Shown here: one piece after another, positions 20,072 to 30,051 of the stretch
Numbering within the stretch: the stretch's first letter is position 1
Layout: each line of letters starts with the position of its first letter
The notes under the pieces: generated by a model
Database searches by the model: none
What the model was told of the DNA's origin: nothing
The model's input: only the letters and a program-made list of their open reading frames with translations
Position numbers and translations under genes: made by a program
NCBI RefSeq assembly: GCF_036000045.1
Contig: NZ_DASYGF010000060.1
Span: 26,804-90,803, forward strand
Direction: 5' to 3'
Source of the DNA: Pedococcus sp.
GTDB lineage: Bacteria > Actinomycetota > Actinomycetes > Actinomycetales > Dermatophilaceae
Length of the DNA stretch: 64,000 nt

Positions 20072-20119
20072 CGCGGCATACGGGTGGGTGTGCCGAACCA
20101 CCCCAGCAGGTATGCCGCG
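20072..20119 (-). terminator. Hairpin just after the plsC-like gene, closed by an inverted CGGCATAC pair
   Basis: cgcggcatac (20072-81) pairs with gtatgccgcg (20110-19); inner gggtgg/ccaccc. Confidence 0.5.
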
Positions 20120-20127
20120 GCGCTCGG

Positions 20128-20823
20128 TCATGCGCCCAGGGCGGACTTCACGTCGGAGGCGTACTGGCCCGACCGCTCCTGGCCGGACAGGTCGCCGATG
20201 GCGTCCATCACCGCGTCGGTGACTGCGCGAAGCAGCGCGGCCTTCTGGTAGCGGGCCTGGAGGGCGGCCACGTCGACCGGGGGCCCGAAGCGGACGACCA
20301 CCTTGGCGGGCCGGAAGCCGTTGGACCCCGGCGGCTGGACCTTGTCCGTGCCGATGACCGCGCACGGCAGCACGGTGGCCCCCGTCGCGAGCGCCATGCG
20401 CGCGACCCCGGTGCGGCCCCGGTGCAGCCGGCCGTCGGGCGACCTCGTGCCCTCGGGATAGACGCCGAACGCATCACCCCGGCGCAGGACCGCCTCGGCG
20501 ACCTCGAGGGAGCCGGCGGCGGCGCGCGGGTCGGCGCGGTCGACCGGGATCGTGCCGGCAGTGGTGTGGAACCAGCGCACGGCTGCCCCCTTGAGCCCCC
20601 GGCCCTGGAAGTACTCGGCCTTGCCCAGGAAGTGCACCTGCCGACCCGAGGCCAGCGGGATGACGATGGAGTCGAGGAACGACAGGTGGTTCGAGGCGAC
20701 GATGAGCGCGCCGTCACGCGGCACGTGAGCCCGGCCCTCGACGCTCATCCGCGTGGCCAGCCGCAGCGGCGGCCCGATGAGGACGTGACGCATCACGGCG
20801 CGGCTGACCGCGTCGGTGCTCAT
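20128..20823 (-). CDS. 1-acyl-sn-glycerol-3-phosphate acyltransferase (PlsC family)
   Basis: SNHLSFLD, FLGKAEYF, YPEGTRSPDGRLHRGRTG. Confidence 0.88.
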   Translation of the reverse strand: MSTDAVSRAVMRHVLIGPPLRLATRMSVEGRAHVPRDGALIVASNHLSFLDSIVIPLASGRQVHFLGKAEYFQGRGLKGAAVRWFHTTAGTIPVDRADPRAAAGSLEVAEAVLRRGDAFGVYPEGTRSPDGRLHRGRTGVARMALATGATVLPCAVIGTDKVQPPGSNGFRPAKVVVRFGPPVDVAALQARYQKAALLRAVTDAVMDAIGDLSGQERSGQYASDVKSALGA

Positions 20824-20854
20824 CAGCTCAGCCCCACCGGTTCACTCTCACTGG

Positions 20855-22531
20855 TCACTCCCACTCGATCGTGCCCGGCGGCTTGCTCGTCACGTCGAGA
20901 ACCACGCGGTTCACCTCGCGGACCTCGTTGGTGATGCGGGTCGAGATCTTGGCGAGCACGTCATAGGGCACGCGGGTCCAGTCGGCCGTCATGGCATCCT
21001 CGGAGGACACGGGGCGCAGCACCACAGGGTGGCCGTAGGTGCGGCCGTCGCCCTGGACGCCGACCGAGCGCACATCGGCCAGCAGCACGACGGGGCACTG
21101 CCAGATGTCGCGGTCGAGCCCGGCGGCGGTGAGCTCCTCACGGGCGATCTGGTCGGCTGCGCGCAGCACCTCGAGCCGCTCGGCGGTCACCTCGCCGACG
21201 ATGCGGATGCCGAGCCCCGGGCCGGGGAAGGGCTGCCGCCACACGATGGCCTCGGGCACGCCGAGCTGGAGGCCGACCTGGCGCACCTCGTCCTTGAACA
21301 GCGACCTCAGGGGCTCGACGAGCTTGAACTGGAGGTCCTCGGGGAGCCCGCCGACGTTGTGGTGGGACTTGATGTTGGCCGCGCCGGTGCCACCACCGGA
21401 CTCGACCACGTCGGGGTAGAGCGTGCCCTGGACGAGGAACTCCACGGGGTGCTCGTCGTCACCGCGCGAGCCGACGACGTCGCGGGCCGCCTGCTCGAAC
21501 ACGCGGATGAACTCGCGGCCGATGATCTTGCGCTTCTCCTCGGGGTCGGAGACGCCGGCCAGCGCGGACAGGAACCGCTCGCGGGCGTCGACGACGACGA
21601 GGTCGACGCCCGTCGCCGCGACGAAGTCCTTCTCGACCTGCTCGGCCTCGCCCGCACGCAGCAGGCCGTGGTCGACGAAGACGCAGGTGAGCTGGTCGCC
21701 GACCGCCCGCTGGACGAGGGCCGCAGCGACCGAGGAGTCCACGCCACCAGAGAGCGCGCAGAGCACGCGGGAGGCGCCGACCTGCTCGCGGATCGCGTCG
21801 ACGAGCTCGTCCACGACGTGCGCCGCGGTCCAGTCACCGGTCAGACCGGCACCGCGGTAGAGGAAGTTCTCCAGGACCCGCTGGCCGAACGTCGAGTGCA
21901 TCACCTCGGGATGCCACTGCACGCCGTAGAGGTGCCGCTCGTCGTCCTCGAAGGCGGCGACCGGGGCGCCCGCGGTGGAGGCGGTCACCCGCATGCCGTC
22001 GGGCGCCTGGGTCACCGAGTCGCCATGGCTCATCCACACGGACTGGTCGGTGGGCTGGCCGTTGAACAGCGTTGAGCTGGGGTCGGAGATGGCGGCCGGC
22101 GTCGAGCCGTACTCGCCGAGACCCGTGTGGGCGACAGTGCCACCCAGCGCCTGCACCATGGACTGGAAGCCGTAGCACATGCCGAACACAGGCACGCCGG
22201 CCTGCAGTAGCGCGGCGTCGAGCTCGGGCGCCCCCTCCTCGTAGACCGACGAGGGTCCGCCCGAGAGCACGATCGCCGCCGGGTCCTTGGCGAGGAGCTC
22301 GTTAACCGAGGCGGTGTGGGGCACGACCTCGCTGTAGATGTTGGCCTCGCGCACGCGGCGCGCGATCAGCTGGGCGTACTGGGCGCCGAAGTCGACCACC
22401 AGGACCGGCCGGGCCTGCAGGGGGGTGGTGGGCGGCTCCGCGCGGTCGGCCGCGGGGGCCTCCACCCGGTCGTCGTCCTGGGCCTGAGTCACGTCACTGG
22501 TCACCACGTCGGCGGCTGCGGGGTCGCTCAC
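20855..22531 (-). CDS. guaA: GMP synthase (glutamine-hydrolysing)
   Basis: [49 protein letters not shown]. Confidence 0.97.
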   Translation of the reverse strand: MSDPAAADVVTSDVTQAQDDDRVEAPAADRAEPPTTPLQARPVLVVDFGAQYAQLIARRVREANIYSEVVPHTASVNELLAKDPAAIVLSGGPSSVYEEGAPELDAALLQAGVPVFGMCYGFQSMVQALGGTVAHTGLGEYGSTPAAISDPSSTLFNGQPTDQSVWMSHGDSVTQAPDGMRVTASTAGAPVAAFEDDERHLYGVQWHPEVMHSTFGQRVLENFLYRGAGLTGDWTAAHVVDELVDAIREQVGASRVLCALSGGVDSSVAAALVQRAVGDQLTCVFVDHGLLRAGEAEQVEKDFVAATGVDLVVVDARERFLSALAGVSDPEEKRKIIGREFIRVFEQAARDVVGSRGDDEHPVEFLVQGTLYPDVVESGGGTGAANIKSHHNVGGLPEDLQFKLVEPLRSLFKDEVRQVGLQLGVPEAIVWRQPFPGPGLGIRIVGEVTAERLEVLRAADQIAREELTAAGLDRDIWQCPVVLLADVRSVGVQGDGRTYGHPVVLRPVSSEDAMTADWTRVPYDVLAKISTRITNEVREVNRVVLDVTSKPPGTIEWE

Positions 22532-22540
22532 AGATGAAGG

Positions 22541-22879
22541 CTACCGGCGTGCGGGAGCCAGCCGAGCCTCGACCTCGGCGACGAAGCGGCGCTCAGCCCA
22601 GAACGGGAGCAGCGGAACGAACCCGGTCAGCATGATGCCGACCATCTTGGGCAGGCTCCAGCCGACCTTGAAGCCGAGGTTGGCGATGGAGATCACGTAG
22701 ACGAAGTAGATCATCCCGTGGATCGGGCTCCAGACGGCCGAGGCGCCGCCCTTGCCGAAGCCGCCGTTGAGGATGATGATCGCGATCAGCACGAAGAGCG
22801 CCAGGCCCGACATGATGGCCATGGTCTTGAACAGGGTGAGGGCCTTCGTGGTGCCCGCGGGGTCTTTGATGTCAGTCAC
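22541..22879 (-). CDS. DUF3817 membrane protein
   Basis: SPIHGMIYFVY, GFVPLLPFWAER; follows the SURF1 gene. Confidence 0.75.
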   Translation of the reverse strand: MTDIKDPAGTTKALTLFKTMAIMSGLALFVLIAIIILNGGFGKGGASAVWSPIHGMIYFVYVISIANLGFKVGWSLPKMVGIMLTGFVPLLPFWAERRFVAEVEARLAPARR

Positions 22880-23612
22880 GCCGCGCATCATCGCGCACCA
22901 TCCTGAACCACATGAACACGGCGAAGGCCGCGAACATCCACCACTGCACCGCGTAGGCCGCGTTGCGCCACTGCAGACCCCCGCTCACCTCCGGCGGTGG
23001 CACCCGCTTCAGCCCGGCGGACGGGGCCACGGACGCGCCCGTCGAGGTCTTCTCGCCCTGGGCGAAGACGAACGCGTTGTAGAGCGGGCCGGGCCAGCGG
23101 TTGACCAGGATCGACAGGTCGACGGAGCCGAGCCCGGGTGCCGTGCCTGCCGGTAGGGCGGGTGGGTCCGCCGGCGACTCCCCCGGCGCCAGCGAGCCGT
23201 CGAGCGAGATCGCTCCGCTGGGGGGCGCCTGCACCGCTGCGGGGTCGGTCACGAAGCCGCGCACCACGGGCAGCACGGTGCGGTTCGCGGTGAGGGTGAG
23301 GGGCGTCAGCACCCAGTACCCCGTGCGGCCGTCCAGGCGACGCGGCCCGACGATGACCTGCCCTGAGGCGGCATACGTGCCGACGGCGGTGACGGGGCGC
23401 CCCGACTCGGAGTTCGGGAAGGGCTGCTGCGGGGTGAGGAGGGTCGCGACCGCCATGGGCTGCGCCTCGTGGGCCTGCCGGAGGGCGGCTGCCAGGCCCT
23501 TGTCCTGGGCGACGTGCAGCTGCCAGAGCCCGAGCTCGACGCATGTGACGACGATGACCACGACGATCAGGAACAGGCCCAGCCAGCGTGGCTTGAGCGC
23601 GGTCCGGAACAC
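22872..23612 (-). CDS. SURF1 family protein
   Basis: LGLWQL, GYWVLTPL, PVVRGFV, NAAYAVQWWMFA. Confidence 0.85.
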   Translation of the reverse strand: MFRTALKPRWLGLFLIVVVIVVTCVELGLWQLHVAQDKGLAAALRQAHEAQPMAVATLLTPQQPFPNSESGRPVTAVGTYAASGQVIVGPRRLDGRTGYWVLTPLTLTANRTVLPVVRGFVTDPAAVQAPPSGAISLDGSLAPGESPADPPALPAGTAPGLGSVDLSILVNRWPGPLYNAFVFAQGEKTSTGASVAPSAGLKRVPPPEVSGGLQWRNAAYAVQWWMFAAFAVFMWFRMVRDDARRD

Positions 23613-23704
23613 CCGGTCAGGCTACGTGAGCGGCACTGTCGTGCCGCCCGCAGGGCCCGGGCCGACCGCACCAACCGAACCAGAAGACTCGTGAGACATC
23701 GCGC

Positions 23705-23840
23705 GTAACGAACCGTCTCGGCTGTCGTTGTCTGGGTGGTGCGGCTGGAGACCCACCCCCGGCTCGTCTCCAGCCGCACCCACCGAAGGCGGTTTGCCGC
23801 CAGGTCGCAGGGGACACAGCCGCAGACCGCCTTCCACGTG
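23705..23840 (+). ncRNA. Candidate small RNA (ECF-like promoter plus two hairpins), or a double terminator of choD
   Basis: GTAAC-N16-CGTT at 23705-23729; perfect 15-bp stem at 23738-23780 with a C-rich loop; second 13-bp stem at 23785-23834. Confidence 0.4.
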
Positions 23841-23845
23841 GCCGG

Positions 23846-25579
23846 TCAGACCTGCGCGCTCTCGTGCGTATAGCGCGTGACGGCGGGGTGGGCCGCCTTC
23901 ACCGGTTCCAGAGCGACGTAGGGGGCGCCCTGGACCGGCCGCAGGTCGGCCTCGCCCTTGTTGGGCCACAGGGACATGGCGCGCTCGGCCTGGGCGGTGA
24001 TGGTCAGCGAGGGGTTGACGCCGAGGTTCGCCGAGACCGCCGACCCGTCGACGACGTGCAGGTCGGGGTAGCCCCATAGACGGTGGTAGGCGTCGACGAC
24101 GCCGCGCTCGGGGCTCGAGCCGATCGGCGCCCCGCCCAGGAAGTGCGCGGTCAGGGGGATGTTGGCGATCTCACCCAGGCTGCTGCCGGCGAAGGCCCGC
24201 AGGCCGGTGGCCTCGCTGAGCCGCCGCGCCAGGGCCTGCATGGCCGTCTGCCCGGCGGGGATGTAGGTGGGGTTCGGCTCGCCGTGCCCCTGCCGCGAGG
24301 TGAGCCCGCGCCCGCCGAAGGGACCGACGGTGCCGCGCACGTGCAGGGAGTTGTCCCTGGACTGCATGACGAGCCCGATGACCGTGCGCTCGCTCCAGCG
24401 GTACTGCGACAGCGACCGGAAGAAGATCACCGGATGCTTGACGACCTCGACGACGAACTGGAGGGGCCGGGGCAGCCGTCCACCCGGAACCAGGATCGTC
24501 GCCAGCACCCCCATGGCGTTGGAGCCCTTGCCGTAGCGCACGTTCTCGACATGGGTGTCGGCGTCGGGGTGGAACGACGAGGTGATGGCCACGCCCTTGG
24601 ACAGGTCCATGCCCGGCTTGACCTTCTCCATCATCACGCCGTTGAGCGCCTCGGAGTTGGTCCGGGTGAGGTATCCCAGGCGTGCCGAGATGCGGGGCAG
24701 CACTCCGGACTGCCGCATCGCGTGGAGGAGCTTCTGGGTTCCCCAGGTGCCCCCGGCGAAGACGACCTGGTCGGCTGTCACAGTGCGACGCGACCGCCGG
24801 ACCCATGACCCGCTGGCCTCGTGGGTCACGGCATACCCGCCCCCAGGGCGCGGGGCGACGCGCACGACGGTGCGCAGCGGCTCGATCGTGACACCGAGGC
24901 GCTCGGCGAGCGCGAGGTAGTTCTTGACGAGCGTGTTCTTCGCGCCGACGCGGCAGCCCACCATGCAGTTGCCGCACTCGGTGCACCCGGTGCGCTCCGG
25001 CCCCACGCCGCCGAAGTACGGGTCGGGGACACGCCTGCCCGGCATGCCGTAGAACACGCCGGTGGGCGTCTTGCGGAAGGTGTCCTCGACACCGAGGTCG
25101 CGCGCCGTGGCACGCATGACGTCCTCGACGACACCCTCGCAAGGGTTGGTGACCACGCCCAACATGGTCGAGGCCATCGCGTAGTGCGGAGCGAGCTCGG
25201 ACTGCCAGTCGGTGATATCGGCCCACTGGCGATCCTCGAAGAACTGCCGCGGTGGAACGTAGAGCGTGTTGGCGTAGTTCAGCGAGCCACCGCCGACGCC
25301 GGCACCCGCCAGGACGACCACATCAGGCAGACGGTGAATCCGTTGCACGCCAAAGCATTTCAGCTTGGGCGCCCACACGTAGCTCCGGACATCCCACGAG
25401 GTCCTGGCGAAGTCCTCGTCCCGGAAGCGGCGTCCTGACTCGACGACGTGGACGCGGTAGCCCTTCTCCGCCAGGCGCAGCGCCGTCACCGAGCCGCCGA
25501 ACCCCGAGCCGACGACCAGCACGTCGTAGTGGTCGTCCCGCACAGGTTCGGCGGCCGACACAGCCGTCGTCCCGGTCAC
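23846..25579 (-). CDS. choD: GMC oxidoreductase, cholesterol oxidase ChoD-like
   Basis: VVGSGFGGSV, GVGGGSLNYANT, CTECGNCMVGC, TAHFLGG, NLGVNPSLTITAQAER; synteny with guaB3. Confidence 0.85.
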   Translation of the reverse strand: MTGTTAVSAAEPVRDDHYDVLVVGSGFGGSVTALRLAEKGYRVHVVESGRRFRDEDFARTSWDVRSYVWAPKLKCFGVQRIHRLPDVVVLAGAGVGGGSLNYANTLYVPPRQFFEDRQWADITDWQSELAPHYAMASTMLGVVTNPCEGVVEDVMRATARDLGVEDTFRKTPTGVFYGMPGRRVPDPYFGGVGPERTGCTECGNCMVGCRVGAKNTLVKNYLALAERLGVTIEPLRTVVRVAPRPGGGYAVTHEASGSWVRRSRRTVTADQVVFAGGTWGTQKLLHAMRQSGVLPRISARLGYLTRTNSEALNGVMMEKVKPGMDLSKGVAITSSFHPDADTHVENVRYGKGSNAMGVLATILVPGGRLPRPLQFVVEVVKHPVIFFRSLSQYRWSERTVIGLVMQSRDNSLHVRGTVGPFGGRGLTSRQGHGEPNPTYIPAGQTAMQALARRLSEATGLRAFAGSSLGEIANIPLTAHFLGGAPIGSSPERGVVDAYHRLWGYPDLHVVDGSAVSANLGVNPSLTITAQAERAMSLWPNKGEADLRPVQGAPYVALEPVKAAHPAVTRYTHESAQV

Positions 25580-27168
25580 CGGCGCCCCATGGCCTTGAGC
25601 GCCCGAAGGGCACCCGTCAGCAGCCGGGCGTAGGTCTCGTCGGAGACACCTCGCGGGGGAGCAACCGGCAGGAGGTACTGCGCGGTGACGTTCTGGGACT
25701 CGGTGTACTTCAGGATGCCTTCGGCGCCGTGCCGACGGCCCATGCCGGACTGCTTCATGCCGCCCATCGGGGCCGCGACGCTGCCCCAGGCCGCGGCATA
25801 TCCCTCGTTGACGTTGACCGTCCCTGCCTGGATGCCCGCGGCGATGCGGCGGCCACGCGCCACGTCGCGGGTGTAGACCGCCGCGTTGAGGCCGTAGTCG
25901 GTGTCGTTGGCGAACCGGACCGCCTCCTCGTCCGTCTGCACGCGGTAGATCGCGACCACGGGACCGAACGTCTCGTCGTCGCGCAGGTCCATGGCCGCGC
26001 TGACCCCCTCGAGCACGGTGGGCTCGTAGAAGTACGGGCCGAGGTCCGGACGCGGACGGCCACCGGTGAGGACCCTGGCACCCTTGGCCCGGGCGTCGTC
26101 GACGTGCGCGGTGACCCGTGCCAGCTGAGCGGCCGACACCAGCGACCCCATGTCGACGCCGTAGGCGAGGTCGGCCCCCAGCCGCATCGCCTTGACGGCC
26201 GCCACGAAGCGCCGGGTGAACTCGTCAGCCACCGACTCGTGCACCAGGAGCCGCTCCACCGAGATACACAGCTGACCGGCCGAGGAGAAGCACGCGCGGA
26301 CGGCACCCTCCACCGCCTTGTCGAGCGATGCGTCCTCGGCGACATACATCGAGTTCTTGCCGCCCAGCTCGAGGGAGAACCCGGTCAGCCGGCTGGCCAC
26401 CGAGGTCGCCACGCGGCGCCCGGTGGCTGTCGAGCCCGTGAAGCAGACATAGTCAGCGAGGTCGACCACGGCCTGTCCGACCGTCGGCCCGTCACCGAGC
26501 ACCACCTGCAGCACCGACTCGGGCAGCCCGGCCTCGGTGAGCAGCTGCACGCCTTGCAGCGCGGTCAGCGAAGCCTGCAGGTCGGGGCGCAGCACCACCG
26601 CGTTGCCCGCCATGAGGGCGGGGATGGCGTCGGTGATGGCCAGGCTCAGGGGGTAGTTCCACGGGCTCACGATGCCCACCACTCCTCGGGGGTGGTGGTG
26701 CTCGACGCTCTGGGTCAGGACCGGGAACAGCCCACCCCGGCGCCGGGGACGCAGGTATGCCGCCGCGCTGCGCGCATAGTGCCGCGCCACGAGGGCGACG
26801 TCGGCCACCTCCTCGAACGCCTGGAGGCGGGTCTTGCCGGACTCCAGCTGCACGGTGTCCAGAAGCTGCACCTGACGCTCGAGGACCAGGTCGTGGTAGC
26901 GCAGGAAGATCCGCTCGCGCAGCTCCATCGGCGTCCGAGCCCAGGAGCGCTGGGCCGTGCGTGCGGCGTCCACGGCCATGACCACATCGGCCGCGGTCGA
27001 CAGCGGCAGGGTCGCCAGTGGCGCGCCGGTCAGCGGGGTGTGGCTCGTATGCTGCTCGGCCCGCGGGCCCGCGACCACCCGCCGAGCAAGCCGGCGCACC
27101 AGAGCCGGGTCCACGGCATACGTCGCGGTGGGGTCGGTCTCGGGGTCGGCGATGAGGTCCGGAGCCAT
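25576..27168 (-). CDS. gabD: Succinate-semialdehyde dehydrogenase-like aldehyde dehydrogenase
   Basis: SPWNYP, FTGSTATG, LELGGKN, AGQLCIS, ETFGPV. Confidence 0.8.
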   Translation of the reverse strand: MAPDLIADPETDPTATYAVDPALVRRLARRVVAGPRAEQHTSHTPLTGAPLATLPLSTAADVVMAVDAARTAQRSWARTPMELRERIFLRYHDLVLERQVQLLDTVQLESGKTRLQAFEEVADVALVARHYARSAAAYLRPRRRGGLFPVLTQSVEHHHPRGVVGIVSPWNYPLSLAITDAIPALMAGNAVVLRPDLQASLTALQGVQLLTEAGLPESVLQVVLGDGPTVGQAVVDLADYVCFTGSTATGRRVATSVASRLTGFSLELGGKNSMYVAEDASLDKAVEGAVRACFSSAGQLCISVERLLVHESVADEFTRRFVAAVKAMRLGADLAYGVDMGSLVSAAQLARVTAHVDDARAKGARVLTGGRPRPDLGPYFYEPTVLEGVSAAMDLRDDETFGPVVAIYRVQTDEEAVRFANDTDYGLNAAVYTRDVARGRRIAAGIQAGTVNVNEGYAAAWGSVAAPMGGMKQSGMGRRHGAEGILKYTESQNVTAQYLLPVAPPRGVSDETYARLLTGALRALKAMGRR

Positions 27169-27211
27169 GGAGGAAGCCTAGGCGGGCGACGGCTTTATTA
27201 CCAGTAGTAAG

Positions 27212-29971
27212 TTACGGGCGGGGCCGATGTCCCGTGAAGGCCACGACCTGCTGGAACGTCGGCCGGTTCTGCCAGTCGATCGGTCGCACGCCCACCACCC
27301 CGGCGGTCGCCGAGCGGATGTCGTCCTGCGTCTTGTCATAGGTGAGCTGCTGGACGCCCGTCACGCCCTCGTCGCTCATCGCGCGCCTCACCGCATCGGC
27401 CAGCGACGTGGCGAGGGTGGCCTGGCAGACGGCCGCGTCCCCGTCGCCGCAGTAGTGGTTCGCATAGGGCGACGCGAAGGTTGTCCCGGCCAGCTGACGG
27501 AGGTCCTTGTTGACGTAGCCGTACCAGGCGATCTCGTTCCAGCTGGAGCCACGCCCCAGACGTGGATGGTCGTCGATCGGCTGCGGCAGCTCGCTGGTCA
27601 GGGTCTCGCCCAGCTTGCCCGCGACAAGATCCCGCGCCACGGCAGCCCCGCCCCCGTCCCACCACTCGTCGAAGATGCGGATGGCCTGCTCATGGGCATA
27701 GTGGCCGGTGCGGGCCCGGTCGACGCGGTGCGCACCGTCCGCAAGCCAGGACTGGAGCAGAGCCCGGGCCGGCGCCGTGGCAGGGTCGTCGCCGATCGCC
27801 TTGAGCAGCGCGGGAAGGGTGTAGAACGCGCGGCTGTCGACCGTGGCCGAGTCCGCGAGCAGTCCCGTCAGCCTCCCGATGTCGAGCTTGCCGCCGTGGG
27901 CGATGGCGGCCTTGACGCGGTCCTCGAGGGCCAGACTGCGATAGACGGTGCCGTAGCCCCACACGCTGTCGGCCGCCGAGAAGCCGGGCGCCGTCTTGTT
28001 GTTCCACGAGACCAGGTAGCCGCGGCTCGGGTTGATCTGCTGGGGATGCGCTGAGTCGGGCAGCCACCCGGTCCAGTCGTACTTGGCGTCGCCCCACCGC
28101 GGCAGGTCGAAGTCGGTGCCGGCGGCGCGCACCGGGAGCCGCCCCGAGGAGAAGTACGCGATGTCCCGGTCGTCGGTGTAGAACCAGTTGAACGTGTAGT
28201 CGATGGCGGATGCCGCGGCCTTGAAGGTCGTGGCGTTGGTGGTGTAGCCGGGGTCGTTCAGCCGGGCGAACCCGGCGAGGGAGTCCACCTCGTGCTGGTA
28301 CGTGCTCCGCTGGCTCACGATGGCCACCGGGACGCCCTTCACCGTGGTCCGCAGCTGGACGATGCCATGGTTGCTGCGCAGCACGAGGTAGGTGTACCGC
28401 TGCGGCGGAGAGGGCGAGCCCGCACTGGGCATGGCCAGGTACGAGGGCTCGAACCGGTCGAGGGGCACGCAACGGCCGTCTCGCACGTATGCCGTGGAGC
28501 TCACCGTGGCCGGGGTCCCGTCGGTGTTGCACAGTCGCTCGGCCACGGTGTCAACGAGGTCGTTGGAGGCACTGGTGGCGGACCAGGCGTAGTCGACGCC
28601 ACGGCCGAGCTGGACGACGAGGTTGGTCCCGGCAAAAGCGACGCCACGCGCCTTCACACCCGGGCCGTCGAGCACCTCCTCGGTGAGGAGCTGCGGGGTG
28701 TAGTAACCCGTCTGCGGTCCGAACACGGTGATGGGATGACCGGTGGTCGAGTGTTTGGCATCCACCAGCACTGCGTTCGACATCCCGTGGCTCACGATCG
28801 GCACGTCGATGGAGCCCTGGGGGGTGTTCATCGACAGGTTGGAGGTCGGCCCGCCTGGCACCAACGCGGGTAGCCCGGAGGGCAGCGTCGTCCCGTTGAT
28901 CGGCTCGCCCGTTCCCGGTGCCTGCGGACCGTGGAGATCCGGCAGCGCGACGCCGGGCTGACGCTCGTTGATCGCGCCCCCTCCGTAGGGGAACCTCGTC
29001 TCGGCCGTGGTGGGAGCGTCGGCGTCGTTCTTCTCCCGGAGGTCGTTGTAGATCGAGCGCCCTTGCACCGCACCGAACTTCGCCTGCACCTGCTGGAGCC
29101 AGAGGGCGTTCTCGTACTCGTGGCCGCCCCCCTTGCCGAAGATCCCGCCGACCAGAGATGCCACGTAGGTGACGTCGGCTCGCGTCCACGGCTGCGGGGT
29201 CTTGCCGAGGGCGGCATACTCCGCGGGGCAGCTGGGTCCGGTCGGGACACCGCCGGGACACATCTCGTTCTGGGCGGCGTTGATGCCCGCGATGAACGCG
29301 TCGGCGCCGTGCATCAGACGCTGCCCCTCGGCGCCGAACCGGATGGCCGCGTTGCCGATCTGGGCCTGGGCCTCCGCCTCGGTGTAGAAGGCCGACCGCA
29401 GCTGCTCCCGGTCCATCTGGAGGTTGTCGGGCGTCGCCCCGGCGAACTCGGCCAGGCGGGCCCGGCCGGCGTGGCGCAGCACGTCCATCAGGAACATGCG
29501 GTCCTTGGTGCCGGCATAGCCGGCGCCCCACATCGTGTCGTCATACGTTGCGCCGGTGATGTAGGGGACGCCATAGCTGTCCCACTTCACCGACACCCCG
29601 GCCTTCGGCTGGGCGCTGCGCACCACGGTCTGGGGGGTGAAGTCGCTGCGCTTGTAGTACGTGCCGATGTCAGCCGTGGTGATGCTGGCGGGGTCCCTAC
29701 GGTTGAGCGCGTCGTACATCTCCAGCTGGTCGGCGAAGTTGGGCGGTGCGTTCGTGCCGTCGACGGCCACGCGGTTCGGGTCACCTGCCAGGACCTGCAG
29801 CAGCCCCGCCGCGGTGATGGTGCCGGACTGCCCCGGCGGCAGGATGTTCCACAGCGTGCCGTACGGGTCACCCGCGGCCCCGCTCGCGGGAGCGGCGAGG
29901 ATCACCGCCAGGACGGCCGCGCAGGCCCCCGTACCGACCAAGACCGATCTGCCGCCGATGGACGCGCGCAT
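27212..29971 (-). CDS. Secreted penicillin acylase family (Ntn hydrolase)
   Basis: Signal peptide; WDSYGVPYITG, beta-chain start SNAVLV, FGPQTGY, SWNNK, WQNRPTFQQVV. Confidence 0.85.
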   Translation of the reverse strand: MRASIGGRSVLVGTGACAAVLAVILAAPASGAAGDPYGTLWNILPPGQSGTITAAGLLQVLAGDPNRVAVDGTNAPPNFADQLEMYDALNRRDPASITTADIGTYYKRSDFTPQTVVRSAQPKAGVSVKWDSYGVPYITGATYDDTMWGAGYAGTKDRMFLMDVLRHAGRARLAEFAGATPDNLQMDREQLRSAFYTEAEAQAQIGNAAIRFGAEGQRLMHGADAFIAGINAAQNEMCPGGVPTGPSCPAEYAALGKTPQPWTRADVTYVASLVGGIFGKGGGHEYENALWLQQVQAKFGAVQGRSIYNDLREKNDADAPTTAETRFPYGGGAINERQPGVALPDLHGPQAPGTGEPINGTTLPSGLPALVPGGPTSNLSMNTPQGSIDVPIVSHGMSNAVLVDAKHSTTGHPITVFGPQTGYYTPQLLTEEVLDGPGVKARGVAFAGTNLVVQLGRGVDYAWSATSASNDLVDTVAERLCNTDGTPATVSSTAYVRDGRCVPLDRFEPSYLAMPSAGSPSPPQRYTYLVLRSNHGIVQLRTTVKGVPVAIVSQRSTYQHEVDSLAGFARLNDPGYTTNATTFKAAASAIDYTFNWFYTDDRDIAYFSSGRLPVRAAGTDFDLPRWGDAKYDWTGWLPDSAHPQQINPSRGYLVSWNNKTAPGFSAADSVWGYGTVYRSLALEDRVKAAIAHGGKLDIGRLTGLLADSATVDSRAFYTLPALLKAIGDDPATAPARALLQSWLADGAHRVDRARTGHYAHEQAIRIFDEWWDGGGAAVARDLVAGKLGETLTSELPQPIDDHPRLGRGSSWNEIAWYGYVNKDLRQLAGTTFASPYANHYCGDGDAAVCQATLATSLADAVRRAMSDEGVTGVQQLTYDKTQDDIRSATAGVVGVRPIDWQNRPTFQQVVAFTGHRPRP

Positions 29972-30051
29972 ACCTGTTCTCCCTCACCGCCGTTGGTGTG
30001 CGGCCTGAGAACGAGGGTGATGGCAGGAAGTTACTGCCGGTAAGGAGAAAC

